From Balanoglossus misakiensis (lineage: Eukaryota; Animalia; Hemichordata): a stretch of 64,000 nucleotides of DNA. The notes below the pieces were generated by a model. The model searched no databases. It saw nothing but the letters and a program-made list of their open reading frames with translations, and was not told where the DNA came from. The stretch is taken from the NCBI GenBank assembly GCA_040954595.2, contig CM082584.2, positions 4,406,110 to 4,470,109 of the forward strand, read 5' to 3'. The translations under genes were made by a program, and so were the position numbers. Positions 52,885-64,000 of this stretch are shown here, one piece after another. Numbering within the stretch: the first letter of the stretch is position 1; every line of letters starts with the position of its first letter.

Positions 52885-53710
52885 TTTTATTAGTTCTTTG
52901 GACCAATTGTCAGAGTCACGTGATCAATTAGCTGTTCTGTTGATGCCATTCTGACGGGTTTTTATGCCGACAACTTTTGCATCCAACTTGACCAGTTTTT
53001 CTTTTCCTCAGAAGATGGGTTAGGGGGATCATTAGGCTATGATGGCATGAAAAAGTAAGGGCTTTCATATAATCAAAAATCTGCCTCAAAAGTAAATTTG
53101 GATGAAACCATTTCAGCATTTCATTCTCTAAAACTTGAATGAATGAATAAATAAATGTTTATTCAGTATAAATATGGCCACCAGGCCCTGTAAATACAAA
53201 ATGAAGTACATAAGTGTGTCTTGCCATCTAGGCATTCTCTGATATCTACATTTGTGACAGCTTCTCTCTCTTTTGAAAGGCAAAAAAAAATGTACTTACT
53301 GAGCTGGTTCAATAATTAAATATTAATTTCTTGATGACATGAGTTTGTATTCTGCACGGGGGCTTCCAGAAAAAACTTGACAAAAATTTTAACTCGCAAT
53401 TCTGTAGAATCCAAGGAAATATTATACACTGTTCTATATGCAATGTATGACTTGACTGACGAAAACAGGTCATTACAGCCCTGAAACCTCTTTGTTGTAC
53501 AACTTGAAATGACCTGCCACTTTAATCAAGATTTCATTCATCTTTCGAATTTTCTAACAACATAAATGTCATCAGAAAGCACTTATCATACATTTCATTA
53601 CTTCACCATCATCACAGGACACTGGTTTCCATGACATCAAAGACACATCTTCTCACTGATAAATTCTGAATCACTTCAAGTAAAGTCACATACCACTCTT
53701 ACAAGAACCC

Positions 53711-53921
53711 TTTACACCAAATGTAAGATTCTGGATCCAGAACCTTACATTTGGTGTAAAGATTGATACTAGAGATGGATTGGCATATAGATTGTAATGT
53801 CTGAAAGGATGTAGGAATTTAACCTGCAATTCTGTAGAAGCCAGGTTCTGGGATCACTTTTTCTACATCCTGTCCTTTCAGACATTACAATCTATCTGGC
53901 AATCCATCTCTAGTATCAATC
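53711..53921. repeat. Two adjacent long hairpins downstream of the GTF3C3 stop
   Basis: ctttacaccaaatgtaag...cttacatttggtgtaaag, then gattgatactagagatggattg...caatccatctctagtatcaatc. Confidence 0.85.
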
Positions 53922-54137
53922 TGTCTATCTCATCAATCTGTTGTCAGTGCTGCGCAGTAGAGGTGGTCAGTTTTCCTCCAAATCTGAGACAACATGTCGT
54001 TATTGATGACAGACAAGCAGACGACAGATGCCAACTGATAAATTCAATTCCTCTTCCTGTACACGCAACAAACGGGAGCTAATGTGAGAATCCCCTCTCA
54101 TCAGATTTCAGAGAACACAACACCGTCTCTTATCAGG

Positions 54138-57100
54138 TCAGATAACACAATATTGCAGAAGAAGTTCTCTTGCTAAGTCGTATGATCCACTGTTGTGATA
54201 AATCAAAGACAAATTGTAGGCGGTTTCTGCTGTCAGATCAAAGAGTTCTGGGTTTTCTTGCATCGTGTAGGCAGACAGTGCCTTCTTGTAGAAATGAATG
54301 GCCAAATGTACCAGACCTGTGGACAGATTGAAAGATGAAAGGGCCGATATCAGTAATCCTGTAGTATTCCCGATAAGCCCAGTTTTCTGTTTGTCAACAA
54401 GTCACGTGTATGTGCCCTGATCATTGCTATTGTTGACAAACACACTTTTAAGAGTGGACTTAATAATGTTGATTTTGCATACATGGGCTCAATCTTACTA
54501 AAATCATACGTAGAGTTGGGCGCTGTCTTTACCTTGACTGATTCTTGGCTGTCCTGTTTGGAAGGGAGCGTACACCAAGAACAGCCAAGACAGAAAACAG
54601 AACAGCCAAAACGATCACCACAGCTAAAAACAGCACCTTACTCTACGTCTGATTTTAATCAGATTGGCATGGACTATGTTGAGAAGACTAGAACTATGCA
54701 TTGAACCCTGCATCATGGAGTCAAACAAGAAACCATGCTTGAAAACGGAAAATAATAGTGAAAATAAAATCTTCTGAATTATTGGTTTCTGTCCAACAAC
54801 ACTATATTCGTCATTTCTACTTGATGGAAGAAATTAATCGCACAGTACAGGTAAAAAGCAAATGACCAAACTTCATGGCTTCAATTTCTGAACTCCAAAA
54901 TCTCTCACCTAATTGATGAAATGCTCTGCCCAAATTGTAGTATGACTCCTGACACAGTCCTCTTTCATCCAAATATTTCTGAAGGAATGCAAGTCCCTAC
55001 AGAGGAGTCAAGTATAAAAGAGAAATGATTATTCAGAGCGAAACTAATTGCAAAGAATGGTGTGCAATGCTTTAGCATTACTTTCACTGAGCATGTGGGT
55101 TGCACTCTGGGCAAATTGATTTACACATCACTCAAGTTCGTTCACAATTTTCTTTAATATATAGAAAGCACATTTTATGAAGCACCTTAAGGATGGCTGT
55201 GCAATTGAATGAAGGAAATTTCCAGTTTCAACCATTCAGAATCTGGCTTTGATACTTCGTCCTTACGATGGTTCTCGCCACTGGCAATTAGAATAATCAA
55301 CTTGTTACTTGATAGTGACAGGAATAACAGTTGAGTCAATAATGAGAAAACGTCACTTTCCTATTTTATTCTACAGTTGTTAAAAGGACACAGTCTCTCT
55401 CTCGCTGCCCTTTTTCTATTAATTATGTTTGATACAAGACACCGTTTATTCTACATGTGGAGATATAGTGAATCAACGTTCGACCACACACAACTTCCAT
55501 ACCACTTGTAGACACAAAAGTGAAAAACTCACCAAAATGAATAATCGGTGTTTACCATTCATTCATTTTGGCGAGATTTTTACTCTCATATCCTACAAAC
55601 GGGTTGGAAGTTGTGTGTGGTCGAACACTGATTCACTATATATCCACATGTAGAATAACATAAACGGTGTCTTGTATCAAACATAATTAATGTAAAAAGG
55701 GCATCTAGAGAGAGACTTTATCCCTTTTAAATAAGACTCACCATCATCATTATTGCTCTAATTTATGAGATTGGAACGAACACACAATGTCTATTTGTAA
55801 GTTATTGTAAAATTCCATTAGAAGAGTCAATAGTTACCTGAGCTATCAGTGAGTGTCTCTGAACTGCATACTTCTGTGATGCCATTTGAATAAACGTCAA
55901 TCCAATACACATTGCCAACATCGGATTCTTATCATCATTTCTGTATGCTCTCATATATTCATCTGATAAAAAAAAAATGAAATATATTTTTCATGAATAA
56001 AGGTCAAAGGTCATGCACCTCTTTAGGAAGTGAAATGTCCTTTCCAGAAATGTACATTGCAAGACTTATTACAGTATAATTTGGATTGTCCTAGAATTAA
56101 TAATGATGGTGTGATTGTAAGTCACTTACCAAGGGCATGCTTAAGACTTCCAGACAAGAATGCATTGTGACCATTTAATATGCAGAGCGCTTGGTTGTCT
56201 GTGTGCTTGTAAAAGATAATTATCACAGGTAACCAATTAGCAAAATTAAAAAATGTTCGCCAAAATCACAAATTTTCACGTAACACCCCCTTAAAAATTT
56301 CAAGAAAAACAAAATTGATTGTATTTGATTTAATCCTCATGTGAGTACTTTATCAACAAACAAAATATTATATTTATTGTACAGTAATAAAGATTTTTGT
56401 TTAGGCCAGATAAAAAATATGACTGTGCTGTTCCGATTACCCGACCTACCCTAATTTTAGCCCGCTGACCCTAAATGTTTTAGAGCTTCGTAAACCGGAA
56501 GTAAAAATAACGATGTCAAATATACAAGATTTATAAAAATTGCAGGACTCACGCAAGAACTATGACGTCATTCTTCTACACTACGGCGGCCAAAGATATA
56601 AAAAAAATTGCAAAATAAAAAAATGTCCCTACCTACCTACCCTATTTTTGAAAACCATGTAATCGGAACAGCACATATTTTTTTTATTTGGCATTACCTT
56701 TAGCATTAGTCTGAGACAGAATCTATTATGTCTTGAATCGTGGGTATACATGATGATTTGTGTAAATAGATTCCAAAGTTGTACACTCTCAGGTTTCTGT
56801 GAACAAATTACAAGGAATCAAAATAAGACTACTGTATATGCAAAGTGAATGTAAAACTAACAAAGGTGGATATCAGCAATATCGAAAATAAGTGTGAAAC
56901 ATGGCATGATTACAAAGATCTGTTATATACAGGAAATACATGTCAATAAATTGTAATCAGGATTTTGTGTCCACCAAAATGACAAATGCATCTGTTAAAT
57001 GAGTTATTTAGCATATAGCAGCAGATAGACTGTATATTCTGAAGTTTGATCAAAGTTATTTCTGTCAGTTTTGAGCTATGTTCAGGTGCCTCAGAAGGCT

Positions 57101-60100
57101 ATCTGCGACCAAAAATGCGAGTCGCACTTTTGTGGCGAGTCACTATCTGCGACTGTCTATAATGGTATCTGCGACCGATTGCACAATGTATTCAGTAAAT
57201 GGTCGCACATGTTATCTGCGACTGTTGCTGTGTTGTACGACTTTCAAGGTTTATTAGACATGTGACTATACTATTTGCGTCTCCTTCCGTTCCTCTTTCC
57301 ATCTCAAAAAAAAAGTCTGACTGTTGCACCATGTAAACTAGTCTGGTCCCCTGCTCCAATCCCACCGCTGGCTGCGCTACGCTAAAGGGAAAGGGTCAGG
57401 CACGGCCTATTGTAAACATGGCTCTCATTGGTCAATACACACGAACATTAAGTTGTTAAGTTGATAAGTTGTTGTAAGATACTCATTTCCCATTCTCTCC
57501 TTCACCTCCATGAATGTTTATCATTCGATTTCCAACTTTACAACAAACGAAACAAAATAAACAGCCTGGATGAATCTTGACTGGCGTACGGACAGTGGAG
57601 GCATCCATCTTGTTTATGATCACATGGTCTTCCCAGGTTTCTGGGTATGCAATCGGGTCGTACCTGACCCCTTTCCCTTTAGCGTAGCGCAGCCAGCGGT
57701 GGGATTGGGGCAGGGAACCAGACTACATGTAAACCTGGTCTCAACCATGGTAGTATAGGTGCAAAGCACTCATTACCCTGATGGTGTTTAGATGAAAGAT
57801 TGCATATTTGCATAATTAGCTACCGCTTGTTAATTTGCCATTCTACCCTATTCTATTTTAATTATTATCCAACACATTTATTAATTTGTACCAAAATAAT
57901 GTAAATCTGAGATAAACTTACGTCCATGATCATTGGTCTGATGAAGTTGTATGCTAGTCGATGGTTACTGCTGAAATAATGGGCCAGTAAACAAACAAAA
58001 TCAAGCTCCTGTGAAAAAAATAACATTCAGTATTTAAATGTAATTGTGCAGTGTTGAAACGGCATTAGGAAACTGCATCAAGATTTGGACTGTGCAAAAA
58101 CTGGGTTGTTCAGCACCAGTGGAGAACATGGCTAGTTTGCCATGGCACAGAGACATGGCCACTTTCAGCTGAATGGTGCATACGTCCATATGGTGTATAT
58201 TAAACCACATTTCTTTTCACACACAAAAATAAACTCGGCTATAGAGGCTGAGTGAACCACATATCACAGTTGTCATTAGCATGCCACAGGAGACTGATTT
58301 GAAATACAGTCAAACCCCTGTTAGTGGCCACACATATATAGTGGTCACCTCTATATAGTGGCCACTTTGCTACCCTGGGCAATTCACATATGCATTAACC
58401 CTTTCAAGCCTGGCTTTCTGTAAACGTATTTGAATTTCTCCTATATAAAGTGTATCCGGCCAGAAAGGGGGAACCTCTATATAAAGGCCACCTGTCTATA
58501 AAGTCCAGTTTAGGAAAGTCCCTTGACTGGCCACTATAGACAGGTTTGACTGTACCTTAATCTTGACAGGATCTCTGGCAAATTGAGCAGACGAATAGCC
58601 GGTAGCTGCCAGTTGCTCCAATTGCTGGTATTGTCCAAGTTCCAACAATGCATCACAAACTTTAATGTACAACGACCACCATTCCTCTTGGCTGACTACA
58701 TTCTCATTACCACTAACTTGCACTAAAAATGCCAATGAAATGACCAGCATGTAGTTAGTCTGGATAATTTAACCTGACTGATTAAGGGACAAAGTGAATC
58801 AATGTTCGACCACATACAACTTCCATCTTGTATGAAACATCATTAAATGGATTAAAGGGCAGCGAGAGAGAGATTTTAAAAGGAACAGTAACATTATTTT
58901 AGATTTCTGGCATGTTCACTTACCTCTTCGGTGAAGTTTATCTGACTTCTGCAGATAATATTTCCTTTTCTTGTGACTTATTTTACCAACACTGTCATCA
59001 TCTTTTAAAAGAGAAAAATAAACCAGCATTTCCCAGTATATTAAATTAAAGTTAGAAAATCTCTTAATTGAGCTGTTCGTAATGTGGTGTCTATAGAGAA
59101 GAGTCTGACGGATACATTATAATACACTATGCATTTGTGCATACTGTGACCCATATTTTGAGTGAATTTTTTTGGCGCAATATTTACTATTTTATAAGTA
59201 GGAAATAAGTTCAAACTGTACGGGATTAGGCTCTTTGCGTGGTACACTATTGGTCATTGGGCTCATCCAATACTGTAAAACACTTTATTTTCGCGAGCAA
59301 GAGCCAAAATAGCATGAAAATAAATAGTCGTGTAAATTTTTTTTCAGATAACAATGCAGTGAATAAAATAAGAGAATGCGAAAATTAATACTCGCGAAAC
59401 AGTGGCCTCGTTTGATATCGCAAAAATTTCAACTCGCGAAAATAAAATGTTTTACAGTACATCACACACATGTGCAGCGGGTAGTACAATAATACTCCAT
59501 TTTTTCGAGATCCGGGACGAGATTCTCGAACAGGGCGCGTTAATAGTTCAACACGAGGCTGAGGGTGAACAACACATGGCGGGTTGTTCGCTGTCAGAGT
59601 GATAGTGAAAGCAGCTTGGACCACGAGCGTCACGGAACGATAAGTGTATGGATAATAATAAACTTATCAATCACTGAATGCGTACTCTCAGTCTGTGTGC
59701 ACAGTACATGCTCACCCTCAGCCTTGTTTTCGTATGTCTCGCGAGAATCTTGAAACTCGAGTATTAATCAAGCATTTTGTTATATACTTACTCTGATTAT
59801 CTGGTGGTTTGACATCTCGGAAATAGTACGCTAGGAGTATAAATGCATTTTCCACAAACTCTTCAATTCTCGATTGTGATAATAAAATTCGACATTTATG
59901 ATGTAATAACTGAACATCATATTTTGGTTGTTCCTCATCACTTGAGTAGTCCTCAACACCGACATCTATAAGAGTGACAGCAGAAAAAATTCTCTCCGGT
60001 GATTAAAGTTAAAGGTTCAGTGCCATGCCCATGCCCATACCCACAACACGTAAAATCGCTCATTGGGTGTTCAAGTCTCGAATCTCATATCACCTAGTAT

Positions 60101-63100
60101 GGTTGGATAATTTTCACGCAAAAATGCCAGGTGGGTGTGTACCCCAAAGCCAGTCCAGTCGACTTTTTTCACCTTTCTGGGCTTCAGGGGACAGCTTATC
60201 TTAATTCGGGTATCAAGCCATTTACACCCACTATTAAATTCCTGTTGTGGTAACTGTGAGGCAAGATTGACTTGAATAATAGGCTGTTCACATTACTCAA
60301 AAAAGGCTAGGTCCTAGCAAGGTCCGTGGCCGAGCGAAAAACACAGGTGTGAACGGGTCTGGCCGACCCTTGTCCGGACAATTTTGTGTCCCAGTCGAAT
60401 GGGGTGGTTTGTGCACCCCCCCCCCTCCCCCCACTTTTGCTACTACAACCTCATTCTGCAAATCTTGAGACATAAAGACACGACATTGAAATACCAACTT
60501 CAAGTACGTTTGATCTCATTCTACCAAACATTCTACCTTGTGAGAGAACTTTCAAGGCTTCTTCTGTATGCCCTAATTGTTGTTGAATTGCTGACAGAGC
60601 CAGTCTGGCTTCCAAATGAGATGGTGCTAACTCTATCACTTTGGTGTAACACTTGGAAGCAAGTGTTAGATCACCTAGGGAGTTCACACACTCTGCGTAT
60701 CGTAGCCATACGGCCGCCTGTCAAAATACAAGAAGAGATTTTGCTTATAAAGAAAACTTGTTCTTGCTGCGCTGGGATTTGCTAGAATCAATCACATGAT
60801 AGGAAAATAGAATGACTACTGTAAAACATGTTATTTTCGCGACAGGAAATTTTCGCAATATCAAAAGTCACAAAAGAGGCCACTGTTTCGCGAGTATTAA
60901 TTTTCACATTCTCTTATTTCATTTACTGCATCGTTATCTCCGAAAAAATGTGTACGCGACTTTTTATTTTCACGTTATTTTGGCTCTTGTGTATTTTGCG
61001 AAAATTTATTGCTCGCGAAAATAACATGCTTTACAGTATTTCAATTCCCTAGGGAAACAGGCGCATCAGTTATCCAGTCACATGACCAATGCCAGTTTGT
61101 ATCAGGTCATGAGCATGAGTTGTACATGTATTATAAAATATTCATGCATATTGCTTGGTCGAATGTAACTGTGAGTTACCAGAATTGCAGGCTATATTCT
61201 GAGACTGCAGGCCCTGCAGGGAAATAGCATACAATTCTAGTGACTCAAAGTTCCTTGAGGGTACGCTAATGATCAGGTGCTATGGCCCTCATGGTCAGGC
61301 AATATGTGTTCAATACCAATGAAGTCCCTTCATATCATGACCTCCATTTGACAATATATGTAGTTGTAAGTTAATAATAATGAGTTTCTTATTCAAACCC
61401 TCGAAAGATTCAAACTGCTATGCAGGCCACAGGCCAATAAAATATGGAAAACTTTTTTTGAATATACATGTACAAAAATGTATGTATGACCATGCATGTT
61501 TGTTTTGTAGTTATAAGATGAATAAGATTCATATTTTAGAAGACAAAAATAATGAAGGTGAAAGATCCGATAAAATACTGAAAAATATATCAAAATTATG
61601 AATGGACTCAATTTTCTGCTGATACTTAGAACTATGTACCTGAATAACTGCATGGAAATCGAGAAAAAAAAAACTTACCAGGTTATAATTGGCAGAGTTT
61701 ACCAGTGTTGCTAGAATTGGTTTGGCTTCATTATACTGACCTGTTAATTAAAAGTAAAAAAAATGATATACATGTACATCTATTTCTAGGATTTTGCTCC
61801 ATACAAATGTGTAAGTTAGGAGAATTTCTTTTTATATAAAAGTACATTTTACATTCTACTTTTGATACTAAGAGCATCCTTCCTGTCGCAACTGATTAAT
61901 GTTATTGTCAGCAGTGCATATTATTTCTGGAATAATTTCCTTGTTACAATTCCACTGAACTTACCAACATCAACTAATGCTTCAGACACATCCAAGTACA
62001 AATCTCCCATTTCATCAGGACTTTCCTCAAACAATGGAACCAACACAGTCTAAAAGCAAAAACGTTAAAAGAATATGAATACAAATTTAACGTAGGGTTA
62101 CATTTCTAAAACCTATAGGTGGGGATTCAGTTTAAAGGCACGTAAGCTGTAACTTTTGGGATTATTTTAATAATTTTTGTTTCACACTCCATGCAGATGA
62201 AGGCAGTGAACTATACACAAGCATTATAAACCCTAAATATGAGTGCATATGCAAGTTTTAACCAGATAAATAATAAAGCTTTGCCGCAAGCGATTATGGC
62301 CGCCACCGTGGGAAAATGAAAGAAACAATGAAAATGTCGCATTTCCGGTTGTGAAATTTCATAAACAAAACATGATCTCATCCACTTGAGCTCATGGAAG
62401 TAAATGTACACCACTGAGACATCAGATTTTCATTTTTCATTGCAATATTGCACTTTTTTAAAAATTTCAGGAATTTTCGTTTTTCTTTAATTTTTGGCCA
62501 TTTTGTCATAAATAAGTGTTGAGCTTGATATATTATCATGAAATAGCATCATATATGAGATTATTTAAAACATTGATTTTTTATCCAGTTGCAGCTTACG
62601 TGCCTTTAAGGATGTACGTTCAGAAAAATTGAAAGTATTGTCATTTCTTTTAATTGTGGATTTTTGGATTATCCTGTGAATGTATAATGAAAATCCGTAA
62701 TAATTAGCATTTTACACCAATGGTTTGTCAATGGGCACAATATTTAACAATATTTATCTCAAAATAGAGTGCGGTGAACCAAAAGAGTTTATTTTACCAA
62801 AGAATTTATTTTTACTTGACTGAGCTATGTGTAAAATTTCGTGCAAATGACAATAGTAGAAGTATGTTTTCTAGCAATTATCAATGTAATCCTATGGGAC
62901 AGAGACACACACACGCTGTTTACTAGTGTACATTCTGCGTACATACTTAAAGGGACAAAGTCTCTCTCTCTCTCTGCCCTTTTTTCATTAATTATGTTTG
63001 ATACAAGACACCGTTTATGTTATTCTACATGTGGATTTATAGAGAAAGTTGTGTGCAGTTGAACATTGATTTACTATATATCCACATAAACATTTTCATA

Positions 63101-63434
63101 AACAGTGTATTGTATCAAACATAATTAAGAGAAAAGGGGCAGTGTGAGAGAGACATTGTCCCTTTAATAGTAGTAACATGTATCAAAATTAACCATAAAT
63201 GTTCAGCAAGTGGGTCACATACCTGTAATGGATTGCCTTGTTTGATGAAGATTAGACAAATGGCAAATTTGACCCGCAAGTCAATCGGTATTTGAGCGGG
63301 AATTGTAATATTTTCAATCGTGGCATCAGCGTCGTCTGAGTAGCGGATTTCAATGCCGCAATGATTACCAATAATGTTTAATGCTTTCCTGTATTCTTTT
63401 TCCGTTATGTACAGCTCTGCTAACATATTTACAT
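54138..63434 (-). CDS. GTF3C3: General transcription factor IIIC subunit 3 (TPR protein), 3' part; exons 63434-63223, 62049-61965, 61740-61679, 60717-60537, 59965-59792, 59001-58924, 58722-58556, 58008-57922, 56796-56698, 56205-56130, 55962-55838, 54996-54909, 54316-54138
   Basis: PIDLRVKFAICLI, MGDLYLDVSEA, AAVWLRYAEC, RFCLRLMLK, ALCILNGHNAF.SGSLKHAL, CQESYYNLGRAFHQLGLVHLAIHFYKKAL, AYNLSLIY..SG. Phases are consistent through to TGA. The 5' part lies beyond the window. Confidence 0.95.
54483..54671. mobile_element. Small inverted-repeat MITE in the last GTF3C3 intron
   Basis: caatct..taaaatca.acgtagagt..gg.gctgt / acagcaccttactctacgtctgattttaa..agattg. Confidence 0.6.
55380..55730. mobile_element. 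Palindromic Kolobok-like MITE family E
   Basis: TTAA-bounded, with long arms attaattatgtttgatacaagacaccgtttat / ataaacggtgtcttgtatcaaacataattaat. Relatives at 58782-58880 and 62951-63163. Confidence 0.8.
56404..56693. mobile_element. PIF/Harbinger-like MITE (family K) inserted in a GTF3C3 splice donor
   Basis: tta|ggccagataaaaaatat..tgtgctgttccgattac ... gtaatcggaacagcacatattttttttatttggca|tta. Confidence 0.8.
57339..57725. mobile_element. MITE family H, 9-bp TSD catgtaaac (AcademH-like)
   Basis: Long TIR tagtctggtcccctgctccaatcccaccgctggctgcgctacgctaaaggg with a perfect TSD. Confidence 0.85.
58307..58552. mobile_element. pogo/Tc1-like MITE (family G) inserted in a GTF3C3 splice donor
   Basis: ta|cagtcaaacc...ggtttgactg|ta with internal tagtggccac repeats. 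Confidence 0.85.
59271..59459. mobile_element. MITE family F
   Basis: tactgtaaaaca...tgttttacagta. Confidence 0.8.
60817..61038. mobile_element. MITE family F
   Basis: tactgtaaaacatgttattttcgcga...tcgcgaaaataacatgctttacagta. Confidence 0.8.
62136..63163. mobile_element. Three abutting Kolobok-like MITEs: B 62136-62605, L 62610-62946, E 62951-63163
   Basis: TTAA at 62132, 62606, 62947 and 63164 bounds and separates the elements; each has its own TIRs. Confidence 0.85.
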
Positions 63435-64000
63435 CTGCAATGTAGAAAATATATGCAAAGAGCACCTCTGTCAAACTTTCTACAAGTTAGACATCGCTGT
63501 CTTTTCTATGCCTTTAGAAACAAAACCCCTGTTTTTAGGTTCAGATCAAATCAATGTCAATGGAAATATGTGGTCAAATGATTAAAGCCGCAATGGCTGT
63601 CACTTATAGCATATACTGTCTCCTCATCCTAAGTCAAAAAACAACACAATTTTGAATTTGTTGGAGATTCTAATACCCAGGTGTGCACACCACAATAGTT
63701 GTGTATTCTTTTAATGGGAGGCTGTTGTGAATAAATGGGTGTGGTACCCGTTTAATATTTCACATGTTCACATTCAAACGTACAGTACAGCCATACCGAG
63801 CGGTTGATAATAATATGTTTGTGCATATCCATCAGTATGCTCAGTATGGATGATCAGGATCAATCAAACTTTGAAAGTGAAATCTTGGAAATAAATGCAA
63901 AAAGTGGCAGCTATACTCCTTTTTCATAAAGAGGGCACCCTTCCAAGATGATGCAAAAATGAGGCAAGTAGGCGACGGAGTAAAAATTTTATCGTCTTGT

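Noticed and set aside
59470-59760. Possible extra GTF3C3 exon
   Set aside because: It contains an inverted repeat (ggctgagggtga/tcaccctcagcc) and a stop, and the flanking exons already join in phase.
1-64000. tRNA/rRNA genes or autonomous transposase/RT ORFs
   Set aside because: None recognised by eye; a tRNAscan/Infernal run would be needed to exclude small RNA genes.

Overview
Animal genomic DNA with spliceosomal introns. The gene content and repeats suggest an invertebrate deuterostome such as a hemichordate (inference). From left to right: (1) 1-18.5 kb is a two-tier tandem array, with ~30 copies of a ~250-bp monomer followed by six ~1.5-kb units interleaved with monomers. (2) Two copies of an ST6Gal-like (GT29) sialyltransferase gene lie on the minus strand (18.5-21.4 kb and 39.3-42.4 kb), each broken in a different way. 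(3) A minus-strand gene encodes a NEURL4-type ADP-ribosyltransferase (ART) domain with no NHR repeats, preceded by a chain of alternating phase 1-0 / 0-1 micro-exons (26.3-35.5 kb). (4) An intact secreted C-type lectin + discoidin (FA58C) gene sits at 46.9-49.8 kb. (5) A 5'-truncated, frameshifted DPH5 copy lies at 50.4-51.6 kb. (6) The 3' eleven coding exons of GTF3C3 run from 54.1 to 63.4 kb. Many MITEs are interspersed. The main observation is that the satellite monomer is an amplified acceptor + micro-exon module homologous to the ART gene's micro-exons, so the array is an expanded copy of the ST6Gal-ART intergenic/5' region. All exon models were read by hand from splice sites and recalled homology, without RNA data or database searches.
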